NCBI GenBank assembly: GCA_964187785.1
Contig: OZ076409.1
Location: 7,566,001-7,630,000 of the forward strand
Length of the DNA: 64,000 bases
Reading direction: 5' to 3'
Source: Amphiscolops sp. MND2022
Taxonomy: Eukaryota
A program made the translations under genes and the position numbers. Every line of letters starts with the position of its first letter. Position 1 is the first letter of the stretch. Positions 23,097 through 37,300 of the stretch are shown one piece after another. Under the pieces are notes generated by a model. That model had not been told where the DNA came from, made no database searches, and saw nothing but the letters and a program-made list of their open reading frames with translations.

Positions 23097-26000
23097 TGAA
23101 ACAAACAGTCCTAAGAAGTGAAAACTTCTAATTACGAGTGAGAAGACTTAATGGAGGACTCTTGTGCATCTGATTGTGATTATTGACAAAATGGCTTTGG
23201 GTGATATGGACTCAAATTATCGAATTATTTGAACCGTTCTTCATCAGTTTAATGAAGAGACTCAAAACCGGACTCATTTTACTTGTGGGTTTGTGTATCT
23301 AATTGCATTTCATTTTTTTCTATGGAAAGGTTGTCAGTCTGAAAAATGTTCTACAATCAATACAATTTCACTTTGCAATAAACCTAAAAACCAGCTTTAG
23401 AAATGACTCCACTGTCAATTTGGGAAAGGAATTCTATCGAAGTGGAAAATGGGAAACTCTTCGCTAACTGTCGACTTTTTGACAGTTTTATATCCGGAAA
23501 AAAAATACCGAATAAGTTTCGGAAGTTCGAGACACTTGTTGGGGAAATGTTGACGGGGACAAATTTAAATCCAAAAGAATTCTTTCGGAGAATTGCTGTT
23601 AAAGGCCAGAAAACCCCCCCTGTATTTGTAGCAGCAAAATTGGCAAAACTACTTGTACTGCGTGGATTTAAAGACTTCCCTTGGAGCTCAGCCAGAAGAG
23701 AGTTTGTCAGTTTGTTTTTCAATATTGATGTCATACCAAATCACAATCCTTAAATGAAAGACACCCTTGCGACACCTGCAGATGTGACTCCTGGAGATGC
23801 GGCTTCTGAAGGTCAAGTCAGTGACAATTCTCTCTCAAAAGAAAGAAAGCTAGAAAAATCAGACGCCAAAAAAGTCAAACATGAACAAATTGATCCAATT
23901 AGAACAGATCCGATGTCAGAAGTTGGGTTCAACAGTTTCATGAAAAAAATCAAAAGCTCTGCAAATAAGAATAAAGATCAACGATTCACAAAAAAGAGGA
24001 CCCAAACTTAGTCAAAAAAATTGTAGAAGATCTCTTCGACAAAAGAAGATCGACTGATTAGTTCAGTCACCATTTATCTCTTGTCACGAAAACGGGTAAC
24101 ACGGAAGATGTTATAAAAGTTATTCGAACAAGACTTTAAAATGTTGGACTCGGATACAATTTAGTCCCATGCATTCGATTGGTCAAGAGGTCATCATCCG
24201 AAATTCAGTCCTACTTTACAGCAATGTGTGAGCCAGGAAGAACTTTCTCTGGTTTTCGCTGCAACCTCATAAAATGCGTGGAGACGGTGTCATACTTCTT
24301 ATTTGGAACGAAAGAACTCAATGGCCAACGAGTTGATATTTGGGGAGATGGTTGTGAAATTGGAGGTGTCGAAACAACACGAATTGCATTCCGGATACTT
24401 TCTGACAAAATAAAGTGTCAATCATCAGATGCAGTATTCTGTTTTGCTGCATACAGGGGTAAAGATGGAAGGTTCGCAATGGAACAAAACCATGAACCAA
24501 CTATAGCTGGAGTTCAAGAGTCTGGTTGGCTTTTTATGAAGACCCTGGAACTGTCAAAACGCGGAGTTGTTTTGACATACAGTGGCGATTCGCCGTTTTT
24601 AAAGAGATTGGTGCTCCGTATCACAAATGAATCAGCTAGCCCATCGAAAATGCCACTCTATGTAATGTAACAGAACTTGACTACACAACAACAAAATGTC
24701 ATCATGAAACTGGTTTACGATCTGATGTTATTATACCCTTCAGAAAGGATGTTCCAAAATCTTCCTTGGTCTTCTACGAAAATATACAATCAGTTTGTCC
24801 TGATGCCACGCATATGACAACCCGTTGTGTTGAAAATGACCTCCAAAGAATTGCACAGAAAATTATCAGAGAAAAGTATCCTAATCATGGTGTAGCAAAT
24901 CGCCAGCTTGAAGAAAACTTGACAAGAAGAGATGCGAAGAGACCATACTTTCAGTTCAACATATCTCATAGAAGTGGTTCGTGTATCGGTACTGTAGGTG
25001 CAGTATCCCTCGCAGGTGGTAGTGCTCTAGCGGTCATTGCTGATAAAGAGGAACTTGCAGGTGCGAAAGACGGTAAAATTAGTGATCTTTACCATGGTGT
25101 TTGGGTCCCGAAGATATCATTGTTGGCAGTGAAAAAAACGCAAATGTCCCTTGCGTTAATATCATAAGAAACTGGCTTCCTAAACTTTTCAATAAAGATA
25201 ACCTCAAGCAAAAAGGGTCCAATGACAAATTCATATCTGCTTTTGATGCTTGCGAACTCCTGCGATCGAGTTTAAATCAATGTGTTTTATGTCTGCGAGC
25301 AGAAGAATTCAACAGTGAAACGTTCAAAAAATGGGCTGAAGTTTATTACCAAGTCAATATCTTGATAATCGGGCATGCCGGTTTGACACCCTATAAATTG
25401 AAAATGCTGATGTTTCCTCAACTTGTTGAAAGTGGATACATAAAAAGACCATTTGATCACTTGTGTGAAGGTCTTGAAAAATCGAACCACCAAGCTAATC
25501 GTGGCTTCCAGACGAAAACAATGCGCGGAGGGGGTAAGATTTATCGCAAGGGACCACTATTCCTCGAGTCGTCTTTTTCTTTCTTGAAATTTTTAAGATT
25601 CGCAGTTGAAGTTGAAGACAAAGGGTCGGACGCTGAACCAACTTCTAAGATTATCATGGAACCTGAACAAAACGCAACAACAGAGGTCTACTTTGATGAC
25701 CATAATGTGACTGGAAACAAAGAACTATCAGACAGTTTCGAAAAGTACTTGAAACAGCGTAATGAGTATACTTCATAGTGCAACAAAAGTGATGGGCATT
25801 GACGTTCCGGGACCTGAGTACCTTGATATTTGCCGCAAAGAACCACCGGTAACAACTATCGCCATTGAATGTCAAGAAAATCCTTTGAGTGGATTAAGAT
25901 TTTGTCTGCTTTGTCGCTTGGGTACTTGGAAAAAACATACTCTAACATATGACATGGTGAAACAATTGATTATCAATATGGGAGGAACTGTTCTAGAAAA

Positions 26001-26445
26001 TGAACAAGCTGACGTGTTGATGAGCACCCATTCACAGCTCCCCAATTGTTTTGTTCTTGTCAAGGACGAAAAAGACCTAATCTTAGGTACCGGTTCCACA
26101 GAGGAAATTAACGATATGAAGAAACCAAGGAAAAGAGGGTCATCAGCAACACAGGAGGGTGGAAATGAACCATCACAATATTCCAAAATAGCGAAAGAGT
26201 TCGCAGCTGGGGGCTTCAAATTCTTGAACATCGATTTTGTAGCTGAAGTTGACGAGAAAAAAATGCTGATTGACCCGGAGCCATACTTTCTTCAGCCCGG
26301 ATCCAAACTTGTTGAAAATCGTGTCAACGACAAAAGACCTTTGTTTTTGGATCAATGCAGTGGAAAAACACTGGGTGAAAGTGTATCTGCGATTGTCGCT
26401 CTCAAGAGATACCGTGAGGGCACTTTTAAACAACTTTCGTTTTGA
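23097..26445 (+). pseudogene. DDE transposase (CMC superfamily; Chapaev/Transib/RAG1-like motifs) with a C-terminal BRCT-like domain, frameshifted
   Basis: VDIWGDG (D1 ~24347), LTYSGDSPFL (D2 ~24587), CPDATHMTTRCVE, LTPYKLKML...CEGLEKSNH (E ~25476). BRCT-like: PLSGLRFCLL...VKQLIINMGGTV...FLNIDFVAE...IDPEPYFL. 5' boundary approximate. Confidence 0.8.
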
Positions 26446-26649
26446 TTTACTGTTCTCTTCTAATTCATATGTTACCCGAACTTGAAACTATTCAATAAAT
26501 TCTTCAAAAAATAAGTATTTTCATTAGGTTTAATGTGATGCTCCTACGAAACTAAGGAAATGTTTTACATGTCATAGATTGGTATCAAAGAGCACACAAT
26601 ATTGGGCTCCGTTTCGGCGAACTTTCGTTTGTCTTCGTTTCCACAAATT

Positions 26650-26850
26650 GATTGCGCGTTACCACAAATGAACTAGTTTCCACGGTTTTGAGTTTGAATT
26701 GACTTACTCAAAGAATGCAATGCGGAAAACAAGATCATATCATTAAACACGTGGCGTGGAAACCAAATACAAATCCTAATACGTTGCGAACTTTCACTCA
26801 AAAGGGTATACACATGATTGTGCGTTACCATAAATGTCCTGGTTTCAATT
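26650..26850 (+). repeat. ~1.2 units of the 166-bp repeat between the convergent transposase and JmjC genes
   Basis: Sequence identity to the 18780-19390 units. Confidence 0.9.
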
Positions 26851-27101
26851 GCGTTTTTACCTGGCGGAAATTCAATGATGAAGTATACTCCTGATTTTTC
26901 TTCTATTCTTCTTTTTTGGAAATTATTGCATTAGACGTCCAAATGTTTCAAAGCATGTTTTGAACAATTAAGGTTTTTTTTCAATTCGTTTTCAAATTAA
27001 ACTTCTTGCGCTCGTCACTGAATAAAACAGGTTGTCAGGTATTTTGCAGTTTTTTGTCACTTATTTGTATGACACTGAAAATCTAAATCTGAATCTACAG
27101 T

Positions 27102-30100
27102 TTAATCTATATCTAAAATACCTAGTTCAAGGGGGATTGAGCGTATTCCCGTAATGACAGCAACAAGAGGACAGCGTTTCGGGTGCAAAGATGGATCTAC
27201 CATCTTTGCCGGCAAGACAGTTCTTCCCCTGCCTTTAACATGGGTAATCATCATTGCGGGTCTTGACTCGAGTTCTAGTAAATCCGTTGTCGTCATTACT
27301 TCCTCGTACGCTTTCGTGTAGGGGTCAACAGCGATGGGCACAGTCTCTGGAACAGTAAGAGCCTTACTGAGGTCAGTATTCTTTCGGGATGCTCGCTCAA
27401 ATAATTGCGGCTGCTGCTTGGTGGCTCACGCAGTGTCACTGAAGCTCTTTTTTTTTGCCCAATACGATGTGAAGTCTTTCAGGACTGAAATCGGGTAGCA
27501 CCTGTAAAACGTAAAATTCAACGTAAACTTAAATCGGGTAGCACCTGTGAAACGTAAAAATCAACGTAAACTTTCAACCTGGAGAGCAAACTTTCAATTG
27601 AAAAATACGAAATTTTTATGGTAAAGTTCTTGATTATTATAAACTTATCGACGTAGAAGCACAAAATTCCACTCAGTTGTGTTTTACTTGCGTGTATATC
27701 AGTCAAACTTGAATGTAGAGAATGACCAATATGTGTTTTGAAGTCTTGAAAAAAGCAAGATTTATTCATAAACATAAGTTTTCGAACTAGAAAATGACCT
27801 TCGATTGGAAACAAATAGGAAATGATTGAAAATGGAAAATGGAAAAATGGAAAATTGAAAATTTGTTACCAAACAAAGACTGAAGGCTTAACAATCTTAC
27901 TTCACGGGCGGTGTGTTCATTGTATATTGATTGCACTGTGCTGTACATCGACACCAGGCGTCGACAGAGTCGAGGGAACAGCTTTTTGGCAATACGGTAC
28001 ATCAGAAGTACCAGCATCTCTGGAACATCAGGAAATTTGTCATCGGATCTTCTCGGGAACTCGACGATGATTGAGTGTCTTATCATGGGCAGGTGCCCAA
28101 ACGCCAGGAAGTTTGTTCCCAACGAAATGGCATTGCCTTTCTTAAGAACGAAGTGGAGGAAATTTGCGAGCATGACTAGAACATCTCCAGCTGTGACATG
28201 CAACCGCAAACATCCCTCTTCCAGCTGGTCGATGTTCCCGAAGAATGTTGGCCTGAAAAAACATCGAAGTTGCTTTTCTAATTTTTTGACATTAATAGAA
28301 GAAAACTAAAAGAAAAGTTTAATTATTTGAAAAGAGACGTTAAATGCTTGCTTGTTGTTTTCCATGACCAAAAAATAATAGTCAAAAAGTATAGTTGTTT
28401 GTTTTTGAAAATAGAACAGTATTCTTGAAGAAAATAAAGTTGGTGTGCTAGTTAAGTTTTGTTACTTACGTAGTGTCGTTCTCAGCATTCGACCATCTTT
28501 CAAAAATGCTGAGATTTTTTTTCGACGGTTTCACTAAAAAGAAAATCTTCTCTCCAGTTAGAACTGTGTAAAACACAGACGTCGAAGAATAACCCTGATG
28601 CCACGTCGTGTGCGCAGAATCTTGAGTGACCAGGACATAATAGGAAGTAGAACAAGAATAAGGCTCGGTTCTCGACTTCCGATTTCCCTGTCGGCCAAGT
28701 GGTTGATGGAGTTGTCAGCCACCATCTCGGGTACTGTTTATATGGCCTTGGGGAGTGTCCTGACATCGATGACGTTTAAAGAGTAATATTGACTGCCTGG
28801 ATGACAGTTGGCCAGCTCCACGAAAAACTCTTCATACGTCATTTCTCGTGTCTGTAAAAACATCTATTAAATGATGATGCTAGGCAATGTTCTAATTCAT
28901 GTTATCAACAGTGTACTTGTCACAGGTAGATCGGCCCTGGATTGGTACCAAAACGAACTCGACATAACTGTCCCAGTTTCCACGGATTTTCAGTATAATT
29001 TGACTTGCTCAAAGAACACAATGCGGAAAACAAGACCATATCTTTAAACACATGGCGTGGAAACCAAATACAAATCTTAATACATTACGAACTTTCACTC
29101 TAAAGGGTATACACATTATTGCGCGTTACCATGAATGTCCTAGTTTCCACGGTTTTAAGTTTGAATTGACTTACTCAAAGAATGCAATGCGGGAAACAAG
29201 ACCAATTCTTTAACACATGGCGTGGAAATAAATACAAATCCTAATACATTGCAGAACCTCACTTGAAGGGGTATACCCATGGTTTGTGTTTTGGAAAAAC
29301 TAAATTTGTTTTTTCACTAAATGCTAAACATGGTTCAAACGAGTAGGAAGTGTTTTTTACCTCTCCGATTCTGGCTGACTTGACTTCAATTGGAGCATCA
29401 GGTTCAGCAAAGTTGACCGGTCGCAGAAGCCGTTTGATCTCCGCGACGAAGCCTTTTTTCGCGTAGAATTTTTGGACTTTCAGTCCTCTGCAGTGCTTGG
29501 CTCCGTTTCTCCAAATCAAGGGGACACCATGTCGAAGAAGATGACCAAGGTGTTCGGTTTGATTGTCATGGGGACCCTGCCACTCAGCGTAGGAAAATCG
29601 ACAATCCAGAGGCACGTTTTCGCAAAACGCGAAGTGCTCTTGGGTGCCAAATGGGGCCGCTGGAGTCCCAGAATTGAATGTCAAATCAAGTGGCATCGGT
29701 GGTTGGGCAATTTGACATTTGACTGATCTCGCGATGTGGTTCCTCAGGCTGTACCCGTACCCGAATGAGGTCCCACACGAAACGCACAAGTGACGGCTTC
29801 TTCTTTTTCCTTTCGCAGCTTCTGTAATTTCAAAGACATTTTTTCAAATGAAATTCGGAAATCTTTTCTTTCATGAATTTCATTTTTAGTATGACCCATG
29901 ATTGGAACCAAAAATCTTCCAAAGATTTCATGAATGCTTTCATGGTATGACCCATGATTGGAACTGAAATCCTTTCCAAAAAATTGTGTTTTTTAGACCT
30001 TCCCTTTCACATCAGAAAAACATTTTCCTTCTTTTTTCTATTGCATACGATAATCGGTTCAAGACCGTAAAATATTTCAAAACATGAACAAACAAAATCC

Positions 30101-31345
30101 TGGAAACAATCTGAACACTAACGGTATTGGTTTATTCTAACTTTTTCTCCAGCAGCAATCTTTTCTTGTTGTTTCGTGCAGTATTTGGTTCTTCTTTGAT
30201 AGCGCTCTTTACTTTTTTTTTGTGAAAATCTGACCACATTTCTCGCACGTCAAATTCTGGGCAACTTGTTCCTGCTTGCTGACACTTTTGCATCCCGGAA
30301 GATGACGGGTTAAGTGCCATTTCTTCCAGCATCGTAGTCGCAATTCGGACACGGGAAACCTAAAGCCTTTTGAATTATACGAGATGAAGAACTCAAATAA
30401 AAAACCATACCTATACATACAAAATACATACCAAAATCAGATTGTTTTCCACGAGTTACAAATTTGATAGGTTTCATTTAGATTGCTCAAAACTTTGAAA
30501 AATGGTATACATGATATACTGATCCACGTGATGTTTGATTTGTCAAACTTTTTATCAATCCAGTTTCAATTACAAAAAAGGGAGATTGTCGCTTGTCAAT
30601 TGTCAAAACGAGAACAAGAACGAGTGAATGGAAGTCTTACGTTTTTTAGGTGGCGGAGTTGTATCTCGAAATTCGTCACAGAGTTGTCTTTTTCGGTTTT
30701 CTGGCAAACCAGGGCAAGTGCGGGCATGAACAGAAAGGGCTTCTCGAGTGGGGGCATAATGGTCGCAAGCACCGATTGTGCAGAGATGACGTGAATAATA
30801 AAACAAAGATGAAAATATATACAATAAATGAAGACTCATACACAGGGGTGTTCGAGCCATATTTGCGTGAAAATTATTGGCAATTAAGGGATTCAAATAG
30901 ACGATTGGAAGTACCGAATTAATGGAAAAAGTTGAAAGACGCCCTCAAATTTTACCATAATTACCATGGCATATTTCAATTCTGCAAACGAAGATAAATG
31001 AATCTGTTCTAAAGTATAAAAAACTCCTTTTTTGAACACCCCTGTTCATACAGCCTCAAAATTTCAATACAAATAAAACCAGAACAAAGTAAAGAAACGT
31101 TCATCAAAACTTCAAACATGTTTCACATTCGCAGTTGAATTTACCCGTTTCAGCAGTTTGATAGTTTTTGACCTATTTCACTGATAGTCAAGAAAAAGTA
31201 ACTCAGAAATTAACAACTTACCAAGGGACAGTTCTGATGATGAGTCAGATGAGTCCATGCGGGATCTAAAGATCTGAGAAGTGCTGGGTCCGCTGGGTCC
31301 GCCAGCTTGCTCATAAGTACTTGCAGGTGTTTTCTTCGATTTCGG
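27102..31345 (-). pseudogene. Multi-exon zinc-finger + JmjC (KDM2/KDM7-like) gene, the only complete copy
   Basis: Exons ~31345-31222, ~30800-30641 (C2HC finger, PPPKKRK NLS), ~30359-30135 (fingers), ~29840-29361 (CVSC...H finger, GVPLIWRN), 28851-28470 (YVLVTQDSAHTTWHQGYSSTSVFYTVLTGEKIFFLVKP), ~28252-27901 (VTAGDVLVMLANFLHFV...GTNFL), ~27502-27102. Confidence 0.85.
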
Positions 31346-34300
31346 CTGTAACAATTTGAAAATGTGAATTGCAAAAGAGTAAATATCAAGAAATTTAAAT
31401 TATTTCAAATAACAAAGTCAAAATTGTTTACGAGAAAGTTTGGATCTTTCCGGTTCATCCCCCCATCGATTTAAGTCCCCCAGTAGTGATTAATCGAAAG
31501 TTTTATGAATTAACTTTTAAAAAAGTATTCCGGTTCATCCCCCCATCGATTTAATTCCCCAGTATTTATTAAATAAAAGTTCTATAAATTAACTTTTTAA
31601 AAAGTATAAAAGTATATCATTAAACATATATTTTTTGGAAGAGAATCTGCGTAAAACAATTTGAAAGTTATCAGGACACTGTTCGAAAAAACTGCCTTGC
31701 ACTTTGAACCAGAATCTGCTTCTAAATTGTAAAATCAATTACAGTACGGGGGCTTTTGTAACGACCCGAAGGGGCAGTTGATTTTAAACTGATAGTTTTT
31801 TGATAAACTCCAAAAACAGTTTCTGGGAATTTGGGATTAAAATTGAAACAAGTAGAAGTCAAGAGAATTGTTGGATTGTGAAAGATTTTGGGCATAAAAG
31901 TGTCTAATTTTTTTCTGTGAACTCAAAATCTTTCTAGTTTGTTTTTTGAAGTTTTCATTCTCATATTATTTGATCTGATCTTATTGGGGATTCCATTTGG
32001 CCCAAGCTTGGAACCAATCTTTAAGAAATCCATAACCAAAATCAATTTAAAAACAATTTTTCAACCAATAATTTATTTCCGAAAACGAATATATCAACTT
32101 TCCATTATGATTGGCTCCGGGTTATATCCGGTGATTAGCTGAGTTTATTTTCGGCTGCTGGCTGTTGGGTGTCTGCTAAACTTTGAGTTGTTAATGAGAG
32201 ATTTTAAGATTTGGCTTGTTAATGAGATTGAGAGAGTCAGTTAACAGTACAGTCTGAACGGTAGGAAAACAAGTTCGACAATGAAAACAGCCGGTCGGTC
32301 AGTTGATGTGCGTGATACGCGCGAATGATACGAGCCGCTGATTAGCCAATAGGAATCACCCAAATGGAACAGTCATGTTTGATACGAGTTTCTGTTACGC
32401 GCCGCTGATTATCAAGGAAAATACTCACGATTGTAACAGTTATGATTTTGATACGAGCCGCTGATACCCGACGCTGGTAAGCCACGGTTGAAACTGTGAA
32501 CTTTCAAGCGATGACCGATAAGGCAATTATAATCATCAGGGGTGCGCATTATTGTATTTATATTTATTGATACGACTTCACCAAAAAATAATAGTCAAAA
32601 AGTATAGTTGTTTGTTTTTGAAAATAGAACAGTATTCTTGAAGAAAATAAAGTTGGTGTGCTAGTTAAGTTTTGTTACTTACGTAGTGTCGTTCTCAGCA
32701 TTTGACCATCTTTCAAAAATGCTGAGATTTTTTTTCGACGGTTTCACTAAAAAGAAAATCTTCTCTCCAGTTAGAACTGTGTAAAACACAGACGTCGAAG
32801 AATAATCCTGATGCCACGTCGTGTGCGCAGAATCTTGAGTGACCAGGACATAATAGGAAGTAGAACAAGAATAAGGCTCGGTTCTCGACTTACGATTTCC
32901 CTGTCGGCCAAGTGGTTGATGGAGTTGTCAGCCACCATCTCGGGTACTGTGTATATGGCCTTGGGGAGTGTCCTGACATCGATGACGTTTAAAGGGTAAT
33001 ATTGACTGCCTGGATGACAGTTGGCCAGCTCCACGAAAAACTCTTCATACGTCATTTCTCGTGTCTGTAAAAACATCTATTAAATGATGATGCTAGGCAA
33101 TGTTCTAATTCATGTTATCAACAGTGTACTTGTCACAGGTAGATCGGCCCTGGATTGGTACCAAAACGAACTCGACATAACTGTCCCAGTTTCCACGGAT
33201 TTTCAGTATAATTTGACTTGCTCAAAGAACACAATGCGGAAAACAAGACCATATCTTTAAACACATGGCGTGGAAACCAAATACAAATCTTAATACATTA
33301 CGAACTTTCACTCTAAAGGGTATACACATTATTGCGCGTTACCATGAATGTCCTAGTTTCCACGGTTTTAAGTTTGAATTGACTTACTCAAAGAATGCAA
33401 TGCGGGAAACAAGACCATATCTTTAAACACATGGCCTGGAAACCAAATACAAATCTTAATACATTACGAACTTTCACTCTAAAGGGTATACACATTATTG
33501 CGCGTTACCATGAATGTCCTAGTTTCCACGGTTTTAAGTTTGAATTGACTTACTCAAAGAATGCAATGCGGGAAACAAGACCAATTCTTTAAACACATGG
33601 CGTGGAAATAAATACAAATCCTAATACATTGCAGAACCTCACTTGAAGGGGTATACCCATGGTTTGTGTTTTGGAAAAACTAAATTTGTTTTTTCACTAA
33701 ATGCTAAACATGGTTCAAACGAGTAGGAAGTGTTTTTTACCTCTCCGATTCTGGCTGACTTGACTTCAATTGGAGCATCAGGTTCAGCAAAGTTGACCGG
33801 TCGCAGAAGCCGTTTGATCTCCGCGACGAAGCCTTTTTTCGCGTAGAATTTTTGGACTTTCAGTCCTCTGCAGTGCTTGGCTCCGTTTCTCCAAATCAAG
33901 GGGACACCATGTCGAAGAAGATGACCAAGGTGTTCGGTTTGATTGTCATGGGGACCCTGCCACTCAGCGTAGGAAAATCGACAATCCAGAGGCACGTTTC
34001 CGCAAAACGCGAAGTGCTCTTGGGTGCCAAATGGGGCCGCTGGAGTCCCAGAATTGAATGTCAAATCAAGTGGCATCGGTGGTTGGGCAATTTGACATTT
34101 GACTCATCTCGCGATGTGGTTCCTCAGGCTGTACCCGTACCCGAATGAGGTCCCACACGAAACGCACAAGTGACGGCTTCTTCTTTTTCCTCTCGCAGCT
34201 TCTGTAATTTCAAAGACATTTTTTTCAAATGAATTTCGGAAATCTTTTCTTTCATGAATTTCTTTTTTAGTATGACCCATGATTGGAACCAAAAATCTTC

Positions 34301-37300
34301 CAAAGATTTCATGAATGCTTTCATGGTATGACCCATGATTGGAACTGAAATCCTTTCCAAAAAATTGTGTTTTTTAGACCTTCCCTTTCACATCAGAAAA
34401 ACATTTTCCTTCTTTTTTCTATTGCATACGATAATCGGTTCAAGACCGTGAAATATTTCAAAACATGAACAAACAAAGTCCTGGAAACAATCTGAACACT
34501 AACGGTATTGGTACATTCTAACTTTTTCTCCAGCAGCAATCTTTTCTTGTTGTTTCGTGCAGTATTTGGTTCTTCTTTGATAGCGCTCTTTACTTTTTTT
34601 TGTGAAAATCTGACCACATTTCTCGCACGTCAAATTCTGGGCAACTTGTTCCTGCTTGCTGACACTTTTGCATCCCGGAAGATGACGGGTTAAGTGCCAT
34701 TTCTTCCAGCAACGTAGTCGCAATTCGGACACGGGAAACCTAAAGCCTTTTGAATTATACGAGATGAAGAACTCAAATAAAAAACCATACCTATACATAC
34801 AAAATACATACCAAAATCAGATTGTTTTCCACGAGTTACAAATTTGATAGGTTTCATTTAGATTGCTCAAAACTTTGAAAAATGGTATACATGATATACT
34901 GATCCACGTGATGTTTGATTTGTCAAACTTTTTATCAATCCAGTTTCAATTACAAAAAAAGGGAGATTGTCGCTTGTTTAATTGTCAAAACGAGAACAAG
35001 AACGAGTGAATGGAAGTCTTACGTTTTTTAGGTGGCGGAGTTGTATCTCGAAATTCGTCACAGAGTTGTCTTTTTCGGTTTTCTGGCAAACCAGGGCAAG
35101 TGCGGGCATGAACAGAAAGGGCTTCTCGAGTGGGGGCATAATGGTCGCAAGCACCGATTGTGCAGAGATGACGTGAATGACAAAACAAAGATGAAAATAT
35201 ATACAATAAATGAAGACTCATACACAGGGGTGTTCGAGCCATATTTGCGTGAAAATTATTGGCAATTAAGGGATTCAAATAGAGGATTGGAAGTACCGAA
35301 TTAATGGAAAAAGTTGAAAGACGCCCTCAAATTTTACCATAATTACCATGGCATATTTCAATTCTGCAAACGAAGATAAATGAATCTGTTCTAAAGTATA
35401 AAAAACTCCTTTTTTGAACACCCCTGTTCATACAGCCTCAAAATTTCAATACAAATAAAACCAGAACAAAGTAAAGAAACGTTCATCAAAACTTCAAACA
35501 TGTTTCACATTCGCAGTTGAATTTACCCGTTTCAGCAGTTTGATAGTTTTTGACCTATTTCACTGATAGTCAAGAAAAAGTAACTCAGAAATTAACAACT
35601 TACCAAGGGACAGTTCTGATGATGAGTCAGATGAGTCCATGCGGGATCTAAAGATCTGAGAAGTGCTGGGTCCGCTGGGTCCGGCAGCTTGCTCATAAGT
35701 ACTTGCAGGTGTTTTCTTCGATTTCGGCTGTAACAATTTGAAAATGTGAATTGCAAAAGAGTAAATATCAAGAAATTTAAATTAGTTCAAATAACAAAGT
35801 CAAAATTGTTTACGAGAAAGTTTGGATCTTTCCGGTTCATCCCCCCATCGATTTAAGTCCCCTAGTAGTGATTAATCAAAAGTTTTATGAATTAACTTTT
35901 AAAAAAGTATTCCGGTTCATCCCCCCATCGATTTAATTCCCCAGTATTTATTAAATAAAAGTTCTATAAATTAACTTTTTAAAAAGTATAAAAGTATATC
36001 ATTAAACATATATTTTTTGGAAGAGAATCTGCGTAAAACAATTTGAAAGTTATCAGGACACTGTTCGAAAAAACTGCCTTGCACTTTGAACCAGAATCTG
36101 CTTCTAAATTGTAAAATCAATTACAGTACGGGGGCTTTTGTAACGACCCGAAGGGGCAGTTGATTTTAAACTGATAGTTTTTTGATAAACTCCAAAAACA
36201 GTTTCTGGGAATTTGGGATTAAAATTGAAACAAGTAGAAGTCAAGAGAATTGTTGGATTGTGAAAGATTTTGGGCATAAAAGTGTCTAATTTTTTTCTGT
36301 GAACTCAAAATCTTTCTAGTTTGTTTTTTGAAGTTTTCATTCTCATATTATTTGATCTGATCTTATTGGGGATTCCATTTGGCCCAAGCTTGGAACCAAT
36401 CTTTAAGAAATCCATAACCAAAATCAATTTAAAAACAATTTTTCAACCAATAATTTATTTCCGAAAACGAATATATCAACTTTCCATTATGATTGGCTCC
36501 GGGTTATATCCGTTGATTAGCTGAGTTTATTATCGGCTGCTGGCTGTTGGGTGTCTGCTAAACTTTGAGTTGTTAATGAGAGATTTTAAGATTTGGCTTG
36601 TTAATGAGATTGAGAGAGTCAGTTAACAGTACAGTCTGAACGGTAGGAAAACAAGTTCGACAATGAAAACAGCCGGTCGGTCAGTTGATGTGCGTGATAC
36701 GCGCGAATGATACGAGCCGCTGATTAGCCAATAGGAATCACCCAAATGGAACAGTCATGTTTGATACGAGTTTCTGTTACGCGCCGCTGATTATCAAGGA
36801 AAATACTCACGATTGTAACAGTTATGATTTTGATACGAGCCGCTGATACCCGACGCTGGTAAGCCACGGTTGAAACTGTGAACTTTCAAGCGATGACCGA
36901 TAAGGCAATTATAATCATCAGGGGTGCGCATTATTGTATTTATGTTTATTGATACGACTTCACCAAAAAATAATAGTCAAAAAGTATAGTTGTTTGTTTT
37001 TGAAAATAGAACAGTATTCTTGAAGAAAATAAAGTTGGTGTGCTAGTTAAGTTTTGTTACTTACGTAGTGTCGTTCTCAGCATTCGACCATCTTTCAAAA
37101 ATGCTGAGATTTTTTTTCGACGGTTTCACTAAAAAGAAAATCTTCTCTCCAGTTAGAACTGTGTAAAACACAGACGTCGAAGAATAATCCTGATGCCACG
37201 TCGTGTGCGCAGAATCGTGAGTGACCAGGACATAATAGGAAGTAGAACAAGAATAAGGCTCGGTTCTCGACTTACGATTTCCCTGTCGGCCAAGTGGTTG

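Noticed and set aside
31939..32142. Four-copy hydrophobic 67-aa ORF (MFFEVFILIL...)
   Set aside because: Non-ATG start in AT-rich DNA; recurrence is explained by the tandem duplications
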